This document shows, one piece after another, positions 16,966 to 25,998 of a stretch of DNA of 30,139 nt (position 1 is its first letter; each line of letters begins with the position of its first letter). A model generated the notes under the pieces. That model was not told the DNA's origin and did not search any database. It saw only the letters and a program-made list of their open reading frames with translations. Position numbers and translations under genes: made by a program. Origin of the DNA: Nitrospirota bacterium (GTDB lineage: Bacteria > Nitrospirota > UBA9217); assembly GCA_029858565.1 (NCBI GenBank), contig JAOUEV010000045.1:1-30139 (forward strand), given 5' to 3'.

Positions 16966-18201
16966 TTATTCCACTGCTATCTGGAACTTTTTCTTGAACT
17001 CCTCGGGCTTCATCTTTACCGCTGATGCCATCTTATCGAGCATCTCGCCCTGCAGGTCCTCTTTCTCCAGCCTGATCATATACCGCCGGGCCATATGATA
17101 ATCATCGGAGTCGGTTTCCACGGTCCGGATCTTTGTTTTCTTCGTCGCGGGATCGATGAGGTCCGCGAACTTGATCGGAAGGCTCTTGCCGTCCTTGAGC
17201 ATGATCATGGCGCCCGACCCGCCGTTCACCAGGAACTTGACGGCGCTGAATCCGAGATAGCGCGTGTATTCGCGGTCAAAGGAAATGGGCGGCTGGCACC
17301 GCAGCTCGTACCCGATGTCCTTGCCGATGATCGTCATCTTGAGACCCAGCGCCGCAAGCTCCTGGAGCACATGCTGCTTCAGCATGTCCGCCAGCGGGAT
17401 CTCGGCCAGCCGGATGTTCCCGTGTTCGTCCAGCGGAACGTCCTTCAGGATGGACATCTCCTCGGGATCGAACCGGATGGCCACTCCTTCGGCGATCACG
17501 GCAACGCCGTGGTTCCTGCCGAGGACCATCCGCTTGATCATGGCGCCGGTGAGAATGGCCACGACCTTTTTCCAGGATATCTTGTTCCCCAGTTCCTCGG
17601 GGATGAGCGTCAAGGTCGCGCCTGCGCCCATGCCCATGCCCAGGGCTAGATGGCCGGCCGAACGGCCCATGGCAACGACGATATACCACCGGAAGGCCGT
17701 CTGGGCGTCCTCCATAAGGTTCTCGACCAGCTGCGCGCCGAGCTGCCGGGCGGTTTCAAAACCGAACGTAGGCACGCCATGGGGCAGCGGCAGGTCGTTG
17801 TCGATCGTCTTCGGCACATGGCAGACCGAGATCTTGCCCGCCGCAGCCTTTTCCACCTGAGTGGAGGTGAAGGCCGTATCGTCTCCGCCGATGGTCACGA
17901 GATACTTGATGCCCAGGTCGGTGAGCGCCTTGATGACGTTGGCCATCTTGGCCGGGTCCTTGGTCGGGTTCTCGCGCGAGGTCCTGATGATCGAGCCGCC
18001 GCGCATATGGATCCGCGATATCTCGTCGGGACGGAGGATCCGGACCTGGGTCGTGTCGCCCCTGGACAACCACTTGAAGCCGTCATAGAAACCGACCACT
18101 TCGAGGCCCTGCTTGGAAGCTTCAAAAGTGACCGCACTGATCACCCCGTTGATGCCGGGCGCGGGACCGCCGCCCACGACCACTCCCAGTTTGTCTGCCA
18201 T
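16966..18201 (-). CDS. pfp: Pyrophosphate-dependent 6-phosphofructokinase (411 aa)
   Basis: GGGPAPGIN, TIGGDDT (GGDD marks PPi use), PKTIDND, MGR, GYELRC. Confidence 0.92.
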   Translation of the reverse strand: MADKLGVVVGGGPAPGINGVISAVTFEASKQGLEVVGFYDGFKWLSRGDTTQVRILRPDEISRIHMRGGSIIRTSRENPTKDPAKMANVIKALTDLGIKYLVTIGGDDTAFTSTQVEKAAAGKISVCHVPKTIDNDLPLPHGVPTFGFETARQLGAQLVENLMEDAQTAFRWYIVVAMGRSAGHLALGMGMGAGATLTLIPEELGNKISWKKVVAILTGAMIKRMVLGRNHGVAVIAEGVAIRFDPEEMSILKDVPLDEHGNIRLAEIPLADMLKQHVLQELAALGLKMTIIGKDIGYELRCQPPISFDREYTRYLGFSAVKFLVNGGSGAMIMLKDGKSLPIKFADLIDPATKKTKIRTVETDSDDYHMARRYMIRLEKEDLQGEMLDKMASAVKMKPEEFKKKFQIAVE

Positions 18202-18310
18202 CACTGCCTCCTGCTTGATCAAAGGTGAGAACTATCTGCGTGGATACTTGAATTTCGCTGGAAATGCCGCTCAGGAGAATGCGCCGAAGCAAGCGAACGG
18301 CGACGCCGGA

Positions 18311-18339
18311 ACATTAACAAAACAGGACAGCCTTGTCAA
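18311..18339 (-). promoter_or_regulatory. Sigma70 promoter of pfp
   Basis: TTGACA-N17-TAATGT with TG extension. Confidence 0.65.
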
Positions 18340-18502
18340 CAGGAAACGCGGCCGGAGTAACGATCTGCATGGGTGAAACTGCTGAAAGCATGCAGCCGCC
18401 GCATTTTCTCCGACATGTTACTAAACTAAAATATGTTGACTACCGCAATATAAAATGGGAAAATAGGTAACGTGCATTTTTGCACGGCGCGCATGAAAGG
18501 AG

Positions 18503-19420
18503 ATGCTTATGAACCGGATATTGCACGCACTCCGATACGGTATATTGGGACTCTCGCTGTCCCTCCTCCTCGTTCCCGCTTCCCTCGAGGCCGCCGACGT
18601 CCAGCAAAAGAAGCTGCTGCTCGGCCTGATCCCCGAGATGAACATCTTCAAACAGAAGAAACGGTTCAAGCCGCTGGGCGACTATCTCGCGAAAAAGACC
18701 GGTTTGCCCGTGGAGTTCACCATCCTGAGCAGGTACGGGAATATCATCGATAGTTTCAAGACCGAGAGGATGGACGGAGCCTTTTTCGGGTCCTTTACCG
18801 GCGCCCTGGCGATCAAGAAGCTCAGTGTGGTCCCGCTGGCCAGGCCCGTGAACCTTGACGGATCGTCTACCTACAGCGGCTACCTCTTTGTGCGGCGGGA
18901 CAGCGCCATCAAGACGGTGGCGGACATGAAAGGCAAACGGATGGCCTATGTCGAGAAAGCGACCACCGCGGGATACCTCTTTCCGCTTGCCTACTTCCGC
19001 GAGCACGGGGTGACCGATCTTAACGGTTTTTTTTCCGAGACCATCTTCGCCGGCAGCCATGATGCGGCCGTCAGCGCTGTCCTTGACCGCAAGGCGGATA
19101 TCGGCGCTGCAAAGCACAGCATGTGGGACCGGGTCAAACAGGAGAATTCCCGGGTGGACGAGGAGCTGATCATCCTCGCGCAATCCCCGACCGTCCCTTC
19201 GAACGGCCTCTGCGTTCGCAAGGACCTGCCACCGACCCTGATCGCGAAACTGAAAGAAGCGCTGCTGAACCTGGACAAGGACCCTGAAGGCAAAAAGGTC
19301 CTTGTACAGTTTGGCGCCCTCAGGTTCATCGAAACGACCGCCGGCGACTATAAGCCGGTCTTTGATATGGCCCGCAACGCGGGCATTGATGTCCGTACGT
19401 ACCGGTACCGGAACGAGTGA
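18503..19420 (+). CDS. PhnD-like (phosphate/phosphite/phosphonate family) periplasmic substrate-binding protein, no transporter genes nearby
   Basis: Signal peptide, F.PL.DYL.KKTG, Y.GYLFVRRDS.IK...DMKGK, TTAGYLFP, FAGSHDA. Confidence 0.88.
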   Translation: MLMNRILHALRYGILGLSLSLLLVPASLEAADVQQKKLLLGLIPEMNIFKQKKRFKPLGDYLAKKTGLPVEFTILSRYGNIIDSFKTERMDGAFFGSFTGALAIKKLSVVPLARPVNLDGSSTYSGYLFVRRDSAIKTVADMKGKRMAYVEKATTAGYLFPLAYFREHGVTDLNGFFSETIFAGSHDAAVSAVLDRKADIGAAKHSMWDRVKQENSRVDEELIILAQSPTVPSNGLCVRKDLPPTLIAKLKEALLNLDKDPEGKKVLVQFGALRFIETTAGDYKPVFDMARNAGIDVRTYRYRNE

Positions 19421-19453
19421 TCCTATTCTCGCGTTCAGAGGACTTGCAGCTTC

Positions 19454-21949
19454 ATGAAACGTAAGATCATCATCTCACTCTTGTTGCTATTCCTCTTCTC
19501 GGCTTCCGGAGCCGTGACAGCGACCCTGTATATCCGCAACACCACCGCCACGCTCGGCCGGCTGATCCAGCTGCATAAGATCGGCAACATGCGGCAGCAC
19601 CTGATCATCACCATCCAGACCGTCCAATCGGAGTTGTACACCATCGGCACACCGCTTGGCCATGACATCAACGCGATCACGGACAATGTGAGCCGTCTCG
19701 ATGATGCCGTGCAGCAGTGCACGAACTGCCATGCCTATCACTCCGCAGATGTGATCACCGAGATCGGCCTGGTCCAGACGGACATCCAGCAGTACGAGCA
19801 CGCGATCAGCAATTACATCACCACGTCGGCGAACCAGGCGTACATCTCCCGGCTCAAGCTGAACGCCGCGGAGATCGGCAACCGGCTGCTTGCCCGGACC
19901 GGCCAGATGGCCTCGGCAGCCGCGGAAAAGCTCGAACACTCGACCGCGGAGGCCATGCTGAAGATCGGCAAGGCCCAGACCATTCTGACAGTCACGATCC
20001 TTTTCACATTCCTGCTCGGCATCAGCATAGCCGCGAATCTGGTCACCTCCGTGACCCGGCCCATCGCCAAACTGGTCGAGGCGACCCGGGCGATAGCCGA
20101 GGGAAATCTCGGCCAGACGGTCGACACAACGGACAAGACCGAGTTCGGTCTGCTGGCAAAACACTTCAACGCCATGAGCGCGGCGCTGCAGGAGAACTAC
20201 ACGAAGCTGGAGGTCGAGATCACGGAGCGGAAAGGCGCCATCGAAGCCCTGCGCGAGAGCGAGGAGCGCTACGCGCTGGCCGCCCGCGGCGCCAATGACG
20301 GTCTCTGGGACTGGGATATCCGCCACAACTACATTTTCTACTCGGTGCGGTGGAAATCCATGCTCGGCTTTGAGGAAACAGAGATCGGCAACACGCTCGC
20401 GGCCTGGCTTGACCTGGTCCATCCCGCGGACCGGGAACAGCTCGAAGCCAAGCTCTCGGCCCACATCAACGATCAGACCCAGCAGTTCGAATGCGAGTAC
20501 CGCGTCCGTCACAAGGACGGCGCCTACCGCTGGGTCCTGAGCCGCGGCCTCGCGGTCCGGAACGGGAACGGCAAGGCGCTGCGCATGGCCGGATCACAGA
20601 CGGACATCACCGCGCGCAAGACCGCCGAGGAACAGCTGCTCTACGACGCATTCCATGACGCGCTCACCGGTTTGCCCAACCGGGCGCTCTTCATGGACCG
20701 GCTCGAACATGTCATTGCCAGCGCGCGCAGGCATCCCGACTACCTTTACGCGGTCCTGTTCGTCGACCTGGACCGGTTCAAGGTGATCAACGACAGCATG
20801 GGCCACGGCGTGGGCGACATGCTTCTGATCGAGGTCGGCCTGCGGATCAAGGCCGGCATCCGGCCGGGAGACACGGTCGCCCGCCTGGGCGGCGACGAGT
20901 TCGCCGTTCTCCTCGAGGACATCAAGAGCGTCGGCGACGCCGAGGATGTCACCCGCCGCATCGAAGAGGAGCTTGCCCATCCGTACCGCATCCAGGACCA
21001 CGAGATCATCAGCACCCAGAGCATCGGCGTGGCCCTCAAGTCGGACCGGTACGAGTGGCCGGAGCAGATCCTGCGCGACGCAGATATCGCCATGTACCAG
21101 GCCAAATCCGACGGCCGGGCCCGCCACGAGTTCTTTGACACCAACATGCACGCCTCCATCATCGACCGGCTGCAGCTCGAAGCGGACCTGCGCGTGGCGG
21201 TCGAGCATCAGCAAGGCTTCGTCCTGCACTACCAGCCCATCATGAACCTGAAGACCCGCCAGCTGAAGGGATTCGAGTCGCTGGTGCGGTGGAAGCATCC
21301 GACGCGGGGCCTGCTCTATCCGCTCGAGTTCATCCCCCTTGCCGAGGAGACCGGCCTGATCCTGCCGCTGACCAAGTGGATACTCCTGGAGTCCTGCAAG
21401 CAGCTTCGCCTGTGGCAGAAGAAGTACGACTCGGACACCACGCTTGCCATCAGTGTGAATGTGTCGAGCAAGACGCTGGTGCAGCCCGGCTTCGTCGACA
21501 CGGTCGCGTCGGTGCTCAATAACGAATCTCTGCCTCAGGGCAGCCTTGCCCTGGAGATCACCGAGAGCGTGCTCATGGAACATACCACCGTGGCCATGGA
21601 TGCCATGACCCGCCTGCAGTCCATGGGCGTCCACATCCACATCGATGATTTCGGCACAGGCTACTCGTCGCTCAGCTATCTCCACTCCTTCCCGGTCAAC
21701 GCGCTCAAGATCGACCGGTCCTTCATTGCCAAGCTGTCGTCGCGGGGAGACAACCAGGAGATCGTGCGAACGATCATCACCCTTGCCCAGAACCTGCGGC
21801 TCGAAGTGATCGCCGAGGGCGTGGAACAGAGCGACCAGTTGTCCACGATCTGCGATCTTGACTGCCACTACGGCCAGGGTTTCCTTTTCTCAAAGCCCCT
21901 TTCGCCTTCTGAGATGGAACACTGGATGACCCTTCGCAACGAAGCCTGA
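19454..21949 (+). CDS. Membrane diguanylate cyclase/phosphodiesterase: TM - CxxCH sensor - TM - HAMP - PAS - GGDEF - EAL
   Basis: CTNCH at 19718-19732; PAS (GLWDWD, HPAD); RPGD I-site and GGDEF; ESLVRW, DDFGTGYSS, AEGVE. Confidence 0.95.
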   Translation: MKRKIIISLLLLFLFSASGAVTATLYIRNTTATLGRLIQLHKIGNMRQHLIITIQTVQSELYTIGTPLGHDINAITDNVSRLDDAVQQCTNCHAYHSADVITEIGLVQTDIQQYEHAISNYITTSANQAYISRLKLNAAEIGNRLLARTGQMASAAAEKLEHSTAEAMLKIGKAQTILTVTILFTFLLGISIAANLVTSVTRPIAKLVEATRAIAEGNLGQTVDTTDKTEFGLLAKHFNAMSAALQENYTKLEVEITERKGAIEALRESEERYALAARGANDGLWDWDIRHNYIFYSVRWKSMLGFEETEIGNTLAAWLDLVHPADREQLEAKLSAHINDQTQQFECEYRVRHKDGAYRWVLSRGLAVRNGNGKALRMAGSQTDITARKTAEEQLLYDAFHDALTGLPNRALFMDRLEHVIASARRHPDYLYAVLFVDLDRFKVINDSMGHGVGDMLLIEVGLRIKAGIRPGDTVARLGGDEFAVLLEDIKSVGDAEDVTRRIEEELAHPYRIQDHEIISTQSIGVALKSDRYEWPEQILRDADIAMYQAKSDGRARHEFFDTNMHASIIDRLQLEADLRVAVEHQQGFVLHYQPIMNLKTRQLKGFESLVRWKHPTRGLLYPLEFIPLAEETGLILPLTKWILLESCKQLRLWQKKYDSDTTLAISVNVSSKTLVQPGFVDTVASVLNNESLPQGSLALEITESVLMEHTTVAMDAMTRLQSMGVHIHIDDFGTGYSSLSYLHSFPVNALKIDRSFIAKLSSRGDNQEIVRTIITLAQNLRLEVIAEGVEQSDQLSTICDLDCHYGQGFLFSKPLSPSEMEHWMTLRNEA

Positions 21950-22013
21950 CCTGACCCGCGAAGGCCGCACCCCGCCCTTGGTCCGCACGCTTTGCCTGAT
22001 CGTACAAAAACTG

Positions 22014-22040
22014 AATCTGCGCAATCTGCGTAATCTTCGG
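22014..22040 (+). repeat. 9-nt-period triplicated repeat
   Basis: AATCTGCGC AATCTGCGT AATCTTCGG. Confidence 0.55.
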
Positions 22041-22208
22041 ATAAGCTATTCCTCCGGGCCTTGGTTCTGTGGTCAGGCCTTGCCTTCTTAACATTTACGA
22101 ACGGTTGATTGTGATAACAGGGAGGGCGGGTTATTTCTGTGGTGGAGGGTCTTTGTCAGCACTCCGTTCCCGGGAGATGCGTCACGTCGTAAGGCGGGTA
22201 ACAGCGGA

Positions 22209-22934
22209 TCAGCCCGGCCGGACCTGGGGCACCACGCTGTTCCGGATGAACTGCTCGATCTGGGCTTTGTCATCCGGCGTGAGGCCCAGGAACCGCATGC
22301 CCATGCCCGGCTCCTTGTTCGGTCCTTCACCGAACGAGTAGGTGTACAGCACCTGCGCTTCGGTGCGCACGATCCTCTTCCCCACCATGAAGCTGACGGA
22401 GTGCTTTGTTCCGACCGGACGGGGACCGAGCGTCTTGACGAAACATCCCGTGTCGGAGAGCATGGTGATGAATTCCGTCCCGGTTCCCGCACCGTCGATG
22501 GACGTCCGCAGGAAGGTCGCGACACGGATGTTCCTGCGCGGCGTCTCCTCGAGCACCGTCTGCACTGCGCGGTATAATTCCTCGGCATGGACCGGCTTCC
22601 GAAGGTAGACCGCGCAATTCTCGCGCCTGCAAAGGTCCTCGCTCTCCAGGTCCGCCAGCTGCGTCTGGATGATCACCGGTATCCCGCGGTGTTTCCGGAG
22701 CTTCGCCAGGAAATCGAAACCGTTCATGCCCGGCAGCTTCAGCTCGGTCACCACGAGCGCGGGAACGGCGATGGAGATATATTCCAGCGCTTCCTCGGCG
22801 GACCTGACCGTTGTCGCGTTGTACCCGAAGTTTTGAAGCAGCATCCCCGTATAGTAGGCATCCTTGGCGTTGTCATCCACTATTAGGACGAACCGCTTCT
22901 TCCTCACATCGGGGACATCACCACTATCGTTCAT
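22209..22934 (-). CDS. Atypical receiver (REC) plus PilZ domain protein
   Basis: VLIVDD, VVTELKLPGMNG (Glu at the phospho-Asp position), YLRKP. PilZ RRNIR, LSDTGCF, GMGMRF. Confidence 0.88.
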   Translation of the reverse strand: MNDSGDVPDVRKKRFVLIVDDNAKDAYYTGMLLQNFGYNATTVRSAEEALEYISIAVPALVVTELKLPGMNGFDFLAKLRKHRGIPVIIQTQLADLESEDLCRRENCAVYLRKPVHAEELYRAVQTVLEETPRRNIRVATFLRTSIDGAGTGTEFITMLSDTGCFVKTLGPRPVGTKHSVSFMVGKRIVRTEAQVLYTYSFGEGPNKEPGMGMRFLGLTPDDKAQIEQFIRNSVVPQVRPG

Positions 22935-22999
22935 AGCATGCTTTCCTGCATCCGCCGGGATCTTGTTCTGTGTTCATTATAGCAAATGCCTGGCGCCTG

Positions 23000-24619
23000 T
23001 CAGGGGCTGATCGTCACCCGGTCTCCCTGCTTGATCCCCGAGCCCCCTGCTGTCTCGATCACCCAGGTTACGGGCCCGCCGGAAGGATAAAGCTCCCGTG
23101 AACCAGGCCTGCGGTCATGGTAGGTCCTGACGACCGAACCGCCTTGTTCCACGAACAGGATGTCGATGGGGTAGGAAACGCTTGCCATCCAGAATGTCGT
23201 GCTTTCCGGCGGATCAAAACGGAACAGCGCCGCTTCGTCAGATGCCAGTTTCCGGAATCCCTGGAGCCCCTTTGCCTTTTCCTTCTCAGTGGTACAGACC
23301 AGAACGATCCGATAGTTCCGTTGCGTGCCTCCGCCTGCCGGGCTCACGGTGAGCGTCCGCATCTGCGCCGGCTGTTCTTCGCCCCGGGCGGTCCGCGTCC
23401 CGACAACGAGCACCAGGATCCCCGCGGCGATCGTGATCACCGTGATCAGCGCGCCAACGCGGAAGTACTCGAAGAAACCGATGGTCACCCGTTTTCGCGC
23501 CTGCTGCAGCACGATCAGGTTCGCGACCGAGCCGATCAGCGTGAAATTGCCCGCAAGAGTGCTGCTCATGGCAAGGGTCAGCCAGGCGATCTGGTCACCG
23601 CCAAGAGCATTGACCAGCGGCCGGAGCAACATGACCGCCGGCACATTGCTCACCACGTTCGACAGCACCGCGGAGACCAGGGAGAGCCCAGCGATCCTGT
23701 TGATCGGCGAGGCCTCGTTCAGCGCCCCTGCCTGCCGCAGCAGTACTTCCGCCAATCCCGACACCTCCACCCCGTGCATCACGATAAAGAGGCCGGCAAA
23801 GAAGAGCAGCAGCGTCCAGTCCACGCCCTCGAGTATCTGCTCGGTGCTCTTCTTTCCCACCAGCATCAGCGCGACCGCTCCTGCCACGGCAACGAGGGGA
23901 TAAGGATGGCCCAGCGAGAAGAGTACCAGCACCCCGCCGCTCACGATCAGCGACTTGATCAGGAGCGGACGATCGACAGCAACAGGCGAGACCTGCGCCC
24001 GGCGGGAAAAAGGCTGGCTCGTGATCTCCCTGCGGTAGACCAGACGGATCACCGCGATGCTGACCGCGATGCCGATAGCTGCCACCGGCGCGAGCGCCTG
24101 TAAAAAGGAGAGATAGGGGATGCCCGAAGCGATGCCGATCAGCATGTTCTGGGGATTTCCGGTGATGGTCATGACGCTCCCGATATTCGATGCCGTGGCA
24201 AGCGCCAGAAGATAGGGGAGAGGATTGACGCCGGCCTGGATCGTCACCTCGAGCAGGATCGGCGTGAAGAGCAGGCAGATGGTGTCGTTCACAAAGAGCG
24301 CCGAGAGCAGCGCGCTTGCCAGCGATACCAGCACCAGGAGCTGCTGCGGCGTCCGGGCCACGGACAGGATGCGCTCGGCCATGAGCTCAAAAAAACCCGC
24401 GGTCCGGAGATAGACCGTGATGATCATCATGCCGAGCAGCAGCAGCAGCGTGTGCATGTCAATTGCGCTGAATGCCTGGTCCAGGGTGAGCACGCCGGTA
24501 ACGACCATCAGCACCGCGCCCACCAGGGCCCCTGCAGGCCGGTTGATCGGGATACGGGGAACCTGGGTCAGCCCCACAAAGACATAGGTAATAAGGAAGA
24601 CGATCAGCGCGGTGATCAT
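23000..24619 (-). CDS. ArsB/NhaD-family (YbiR-like) anion permease fused to a C-terminal DUF192-like domain
   Basis: LSALFVNDT, ASNIGS.MTITGNPQN, SNVVSNVPA, STLAGNFTLIGSVAN. Tail KGLQGF...ALFRF...FWMASVSYPIDILFV...GIKQGDRV. Confidence 0.88.
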   Translation of the reverse strand: MITALIVFLITYVFVGLTQVPRIPINRPAGALVGAVLMVVTGVLTLDQAFSAIDMHTLLLLLGMMIITVYLRTAGFFELMAERILSVARTPQQLLVLVSLASALLSALFVNDTICLLFTPILLEVTIQAGVNPLPYLLALATASNIGSVMTITGNPQNMLIGIASGIPYLSFLQALAPVAAIGIAVSIAVIRLVYRREITSQPFSRRAQVSPVAVDRPLLIKSLIVSGGVLVLFSLGHPYPLVAVAGAVALMLVGKKSTEQILEGVDWTLLLFFAGLFIVMHGVEVSGLAEVLLRQAGALNEASPINRIAGLSLVSAVLSNVVSNVPAVMLLRPLVNALGGDQIAWLTLAMSSTLAGNFTLIGSVANLIVLQQARKRVTIGFFEYFRVGALITVITIAAGILVLVVGTRTARGEEQPAQMRTLTVSPAGGGTQRNYRIVLVCTTEKEKAKGLQGFRKLASDEAALFRFDPPESTTFWMASVSYPIDILFVEQGGSVVRTYHDRRPGSRELYPSGGPVTWVIETAGGSGIKQGDRVTISP

Positions 24620-24683
24620 GGAGCACAGTTTACCATGATGAAATACCGGCAGTCCAGACAGGAAGACGGCTCATAAAAATCCA

Positions 24684-24712
24684 TTGCACTCTTTCTGACC
24701 TTTCACTATACT
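24684..24712 (+). promoter_or_regulatory. Sigma70 promoter of the phosphatase fusion gene
   Basis: TTGCAC-N17-TATACT, 12 nt before ATG 24725. Confidence 0.6.
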
Positions 24713-24724
24713 AGTGCCACAACC

Positions 24725-25726
24725 ATGAAAACTGAACAGGTCCTTTCAAATTGCCGGACGCTCTATTGCGCTGTGCTCATTCTGCTGTGTTTGGTCACTG
24801 GTGCTGATCATGCTGTTGCGGAAGGCCGCATCAAGCCCTTCTCCAGCGACGGCTGCAGTCTTTTCCCTGACGGCACGATCGACGATCGCACCAAATGGTG
24901 CGACTGCTGCCTGAGCCATGACATCGCTTACTGGCAGGGCGGAACCGAGGAGGTAAGGGAAAAAGCCGACGAAGAGCTCAGGAACTGCGTGTTCAGCAGG
25001 ACGAATGACAAAGCGCTGGCCGAGACCATGTACCTGGGCGTACGCGCAGGCGGGCATCCGGCATTTCCTACAGGGTACCGCTGGGCATACGGCTGGTCCT
25101 ATGGCAGAGGATATCAGGTCCTGACTGCTGCAGAGCAACAGCAGGCCCGGAAAGAACTCAATGAGTACAAGCTAAAGCATCCAACAGGCTATTGCGGAGA
25201 GCATGGCTCAGAAACCACTGGCACATCCCCGGCCCAGGACCGTCCCGCTGCCTGGGCAACACCAGTTCAGTCGGAACATCTCAAGAACTTCTACAAGCTT
25301 GACAACAAAGTGTACCGCTCTGCCCAGCCGAACAAAAAGGGCTTCAAGGAGCTTGCAGCGCTCGGCATCAGGAACGTGCTCAGCTTCCGGGACTATCATT
25401 CTGATGATGACGGCAAGAACTTCGGTCTGAACCTGTTCCGCGTCAAGATGGAGGCGGGCGACATCACGTTAGAGAAGGTCGTAGAAGCCTTGCGCGTCAT
25501 CAGGAACAGCAACGGCCCGATCCTGATCCACTGCTGGCACGGCTCCGACCGCACCGGACTTATCAGCGCAATGTACCGGATCGTGTTCCAAAATCGGTCA
25601 AAGGACGATGCTATTGAGGAGTTGATGAACGGCGGGTACGGGTATCATTCGTTGTATAAAAATATTCCGGAGTTCATCCGGCATGTGGATGTTGAGGAGA
25701 TCAGGAAGCTAGTTCTCACATTGTAG
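24725..25726 (+). CDS. Exported two-domain protein: PLA2-like Cys-rich domain plus CX5R dual-specificity/tyrosine phosphatase
   Basis: Signal-like N-terminus; SDGCS...CCLSHDIAYW.GG...AD.EL..CV; VYRSAQP and IHCWHGSDRTG (HCx5R at 25529-25552). Confidence 0.82.
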   Translation: MKTEQVLSNCRTLYCAVLILLCLVTGADHAVAEGRIKPFSSDGCSLFPDGTIDDRTKWCDCCLSHDIAYWQGGTEEVREKADEELRNCVFSRTNDKALAETMYLGVRAGGHPAFPTGYRWAYGWSYGRGYQVLTAAEQQQARKELNEYKLKHPTGYCGEHGSETTGTSPAQDRPAAWATPVQSEHLKNFYKLDNKVYRSAQPNKKGFKELAALGIRNVLSFRDYHSDDDGKNFGLNLFRVKMEAGDITLEKVVEALRVIRNSNGPILIHCWHGSDRTGLISAMYRIVFQNRSKDDAIEELMNGGYGYHSLYKNIPEFIRHVDVEEIRKLVLTL

Positions 25727-25998
25727 CGAGGCTCACTACTTCTTCCTGAAGCTATTGAAGTCGCACTATTTTGAAACTCATCAGATACATTCCGTATTAA
25801 TTGATGTGCTCTTAAAATAGCCGATCACAAACTCTCATCGTTACCATTGACTTCGCCGTGAATCAGGGAGTAAATATCAGCAAACACTCATGTTTCGTGT
25901 GTCACGTAATTCCGTACGAGCGCATTTCCAAAGGGACAATCGTGGGTTTTTCGTTTGACCCAATAATTTGGCTGGTGGAATAAATCTTGGGGAACAAC

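Noticed and set aside
18471-18486. Palindrome CGTGCA-TTTT-TGCACG before the PhnD-like gene
   Set aside because: Possibly an operator, but it is a single short instance with no assignable regulator.
266-24103. Long antisense or alternate-frame ORFs (266-1234, 1285-2151, 8373-9329, 9722-10891, 12021-13025, 20594-21868, 23117-24103 and others)
   Set aside because: Shadows of well-supported genes, as expected from high-GC codon bias; no motifs.
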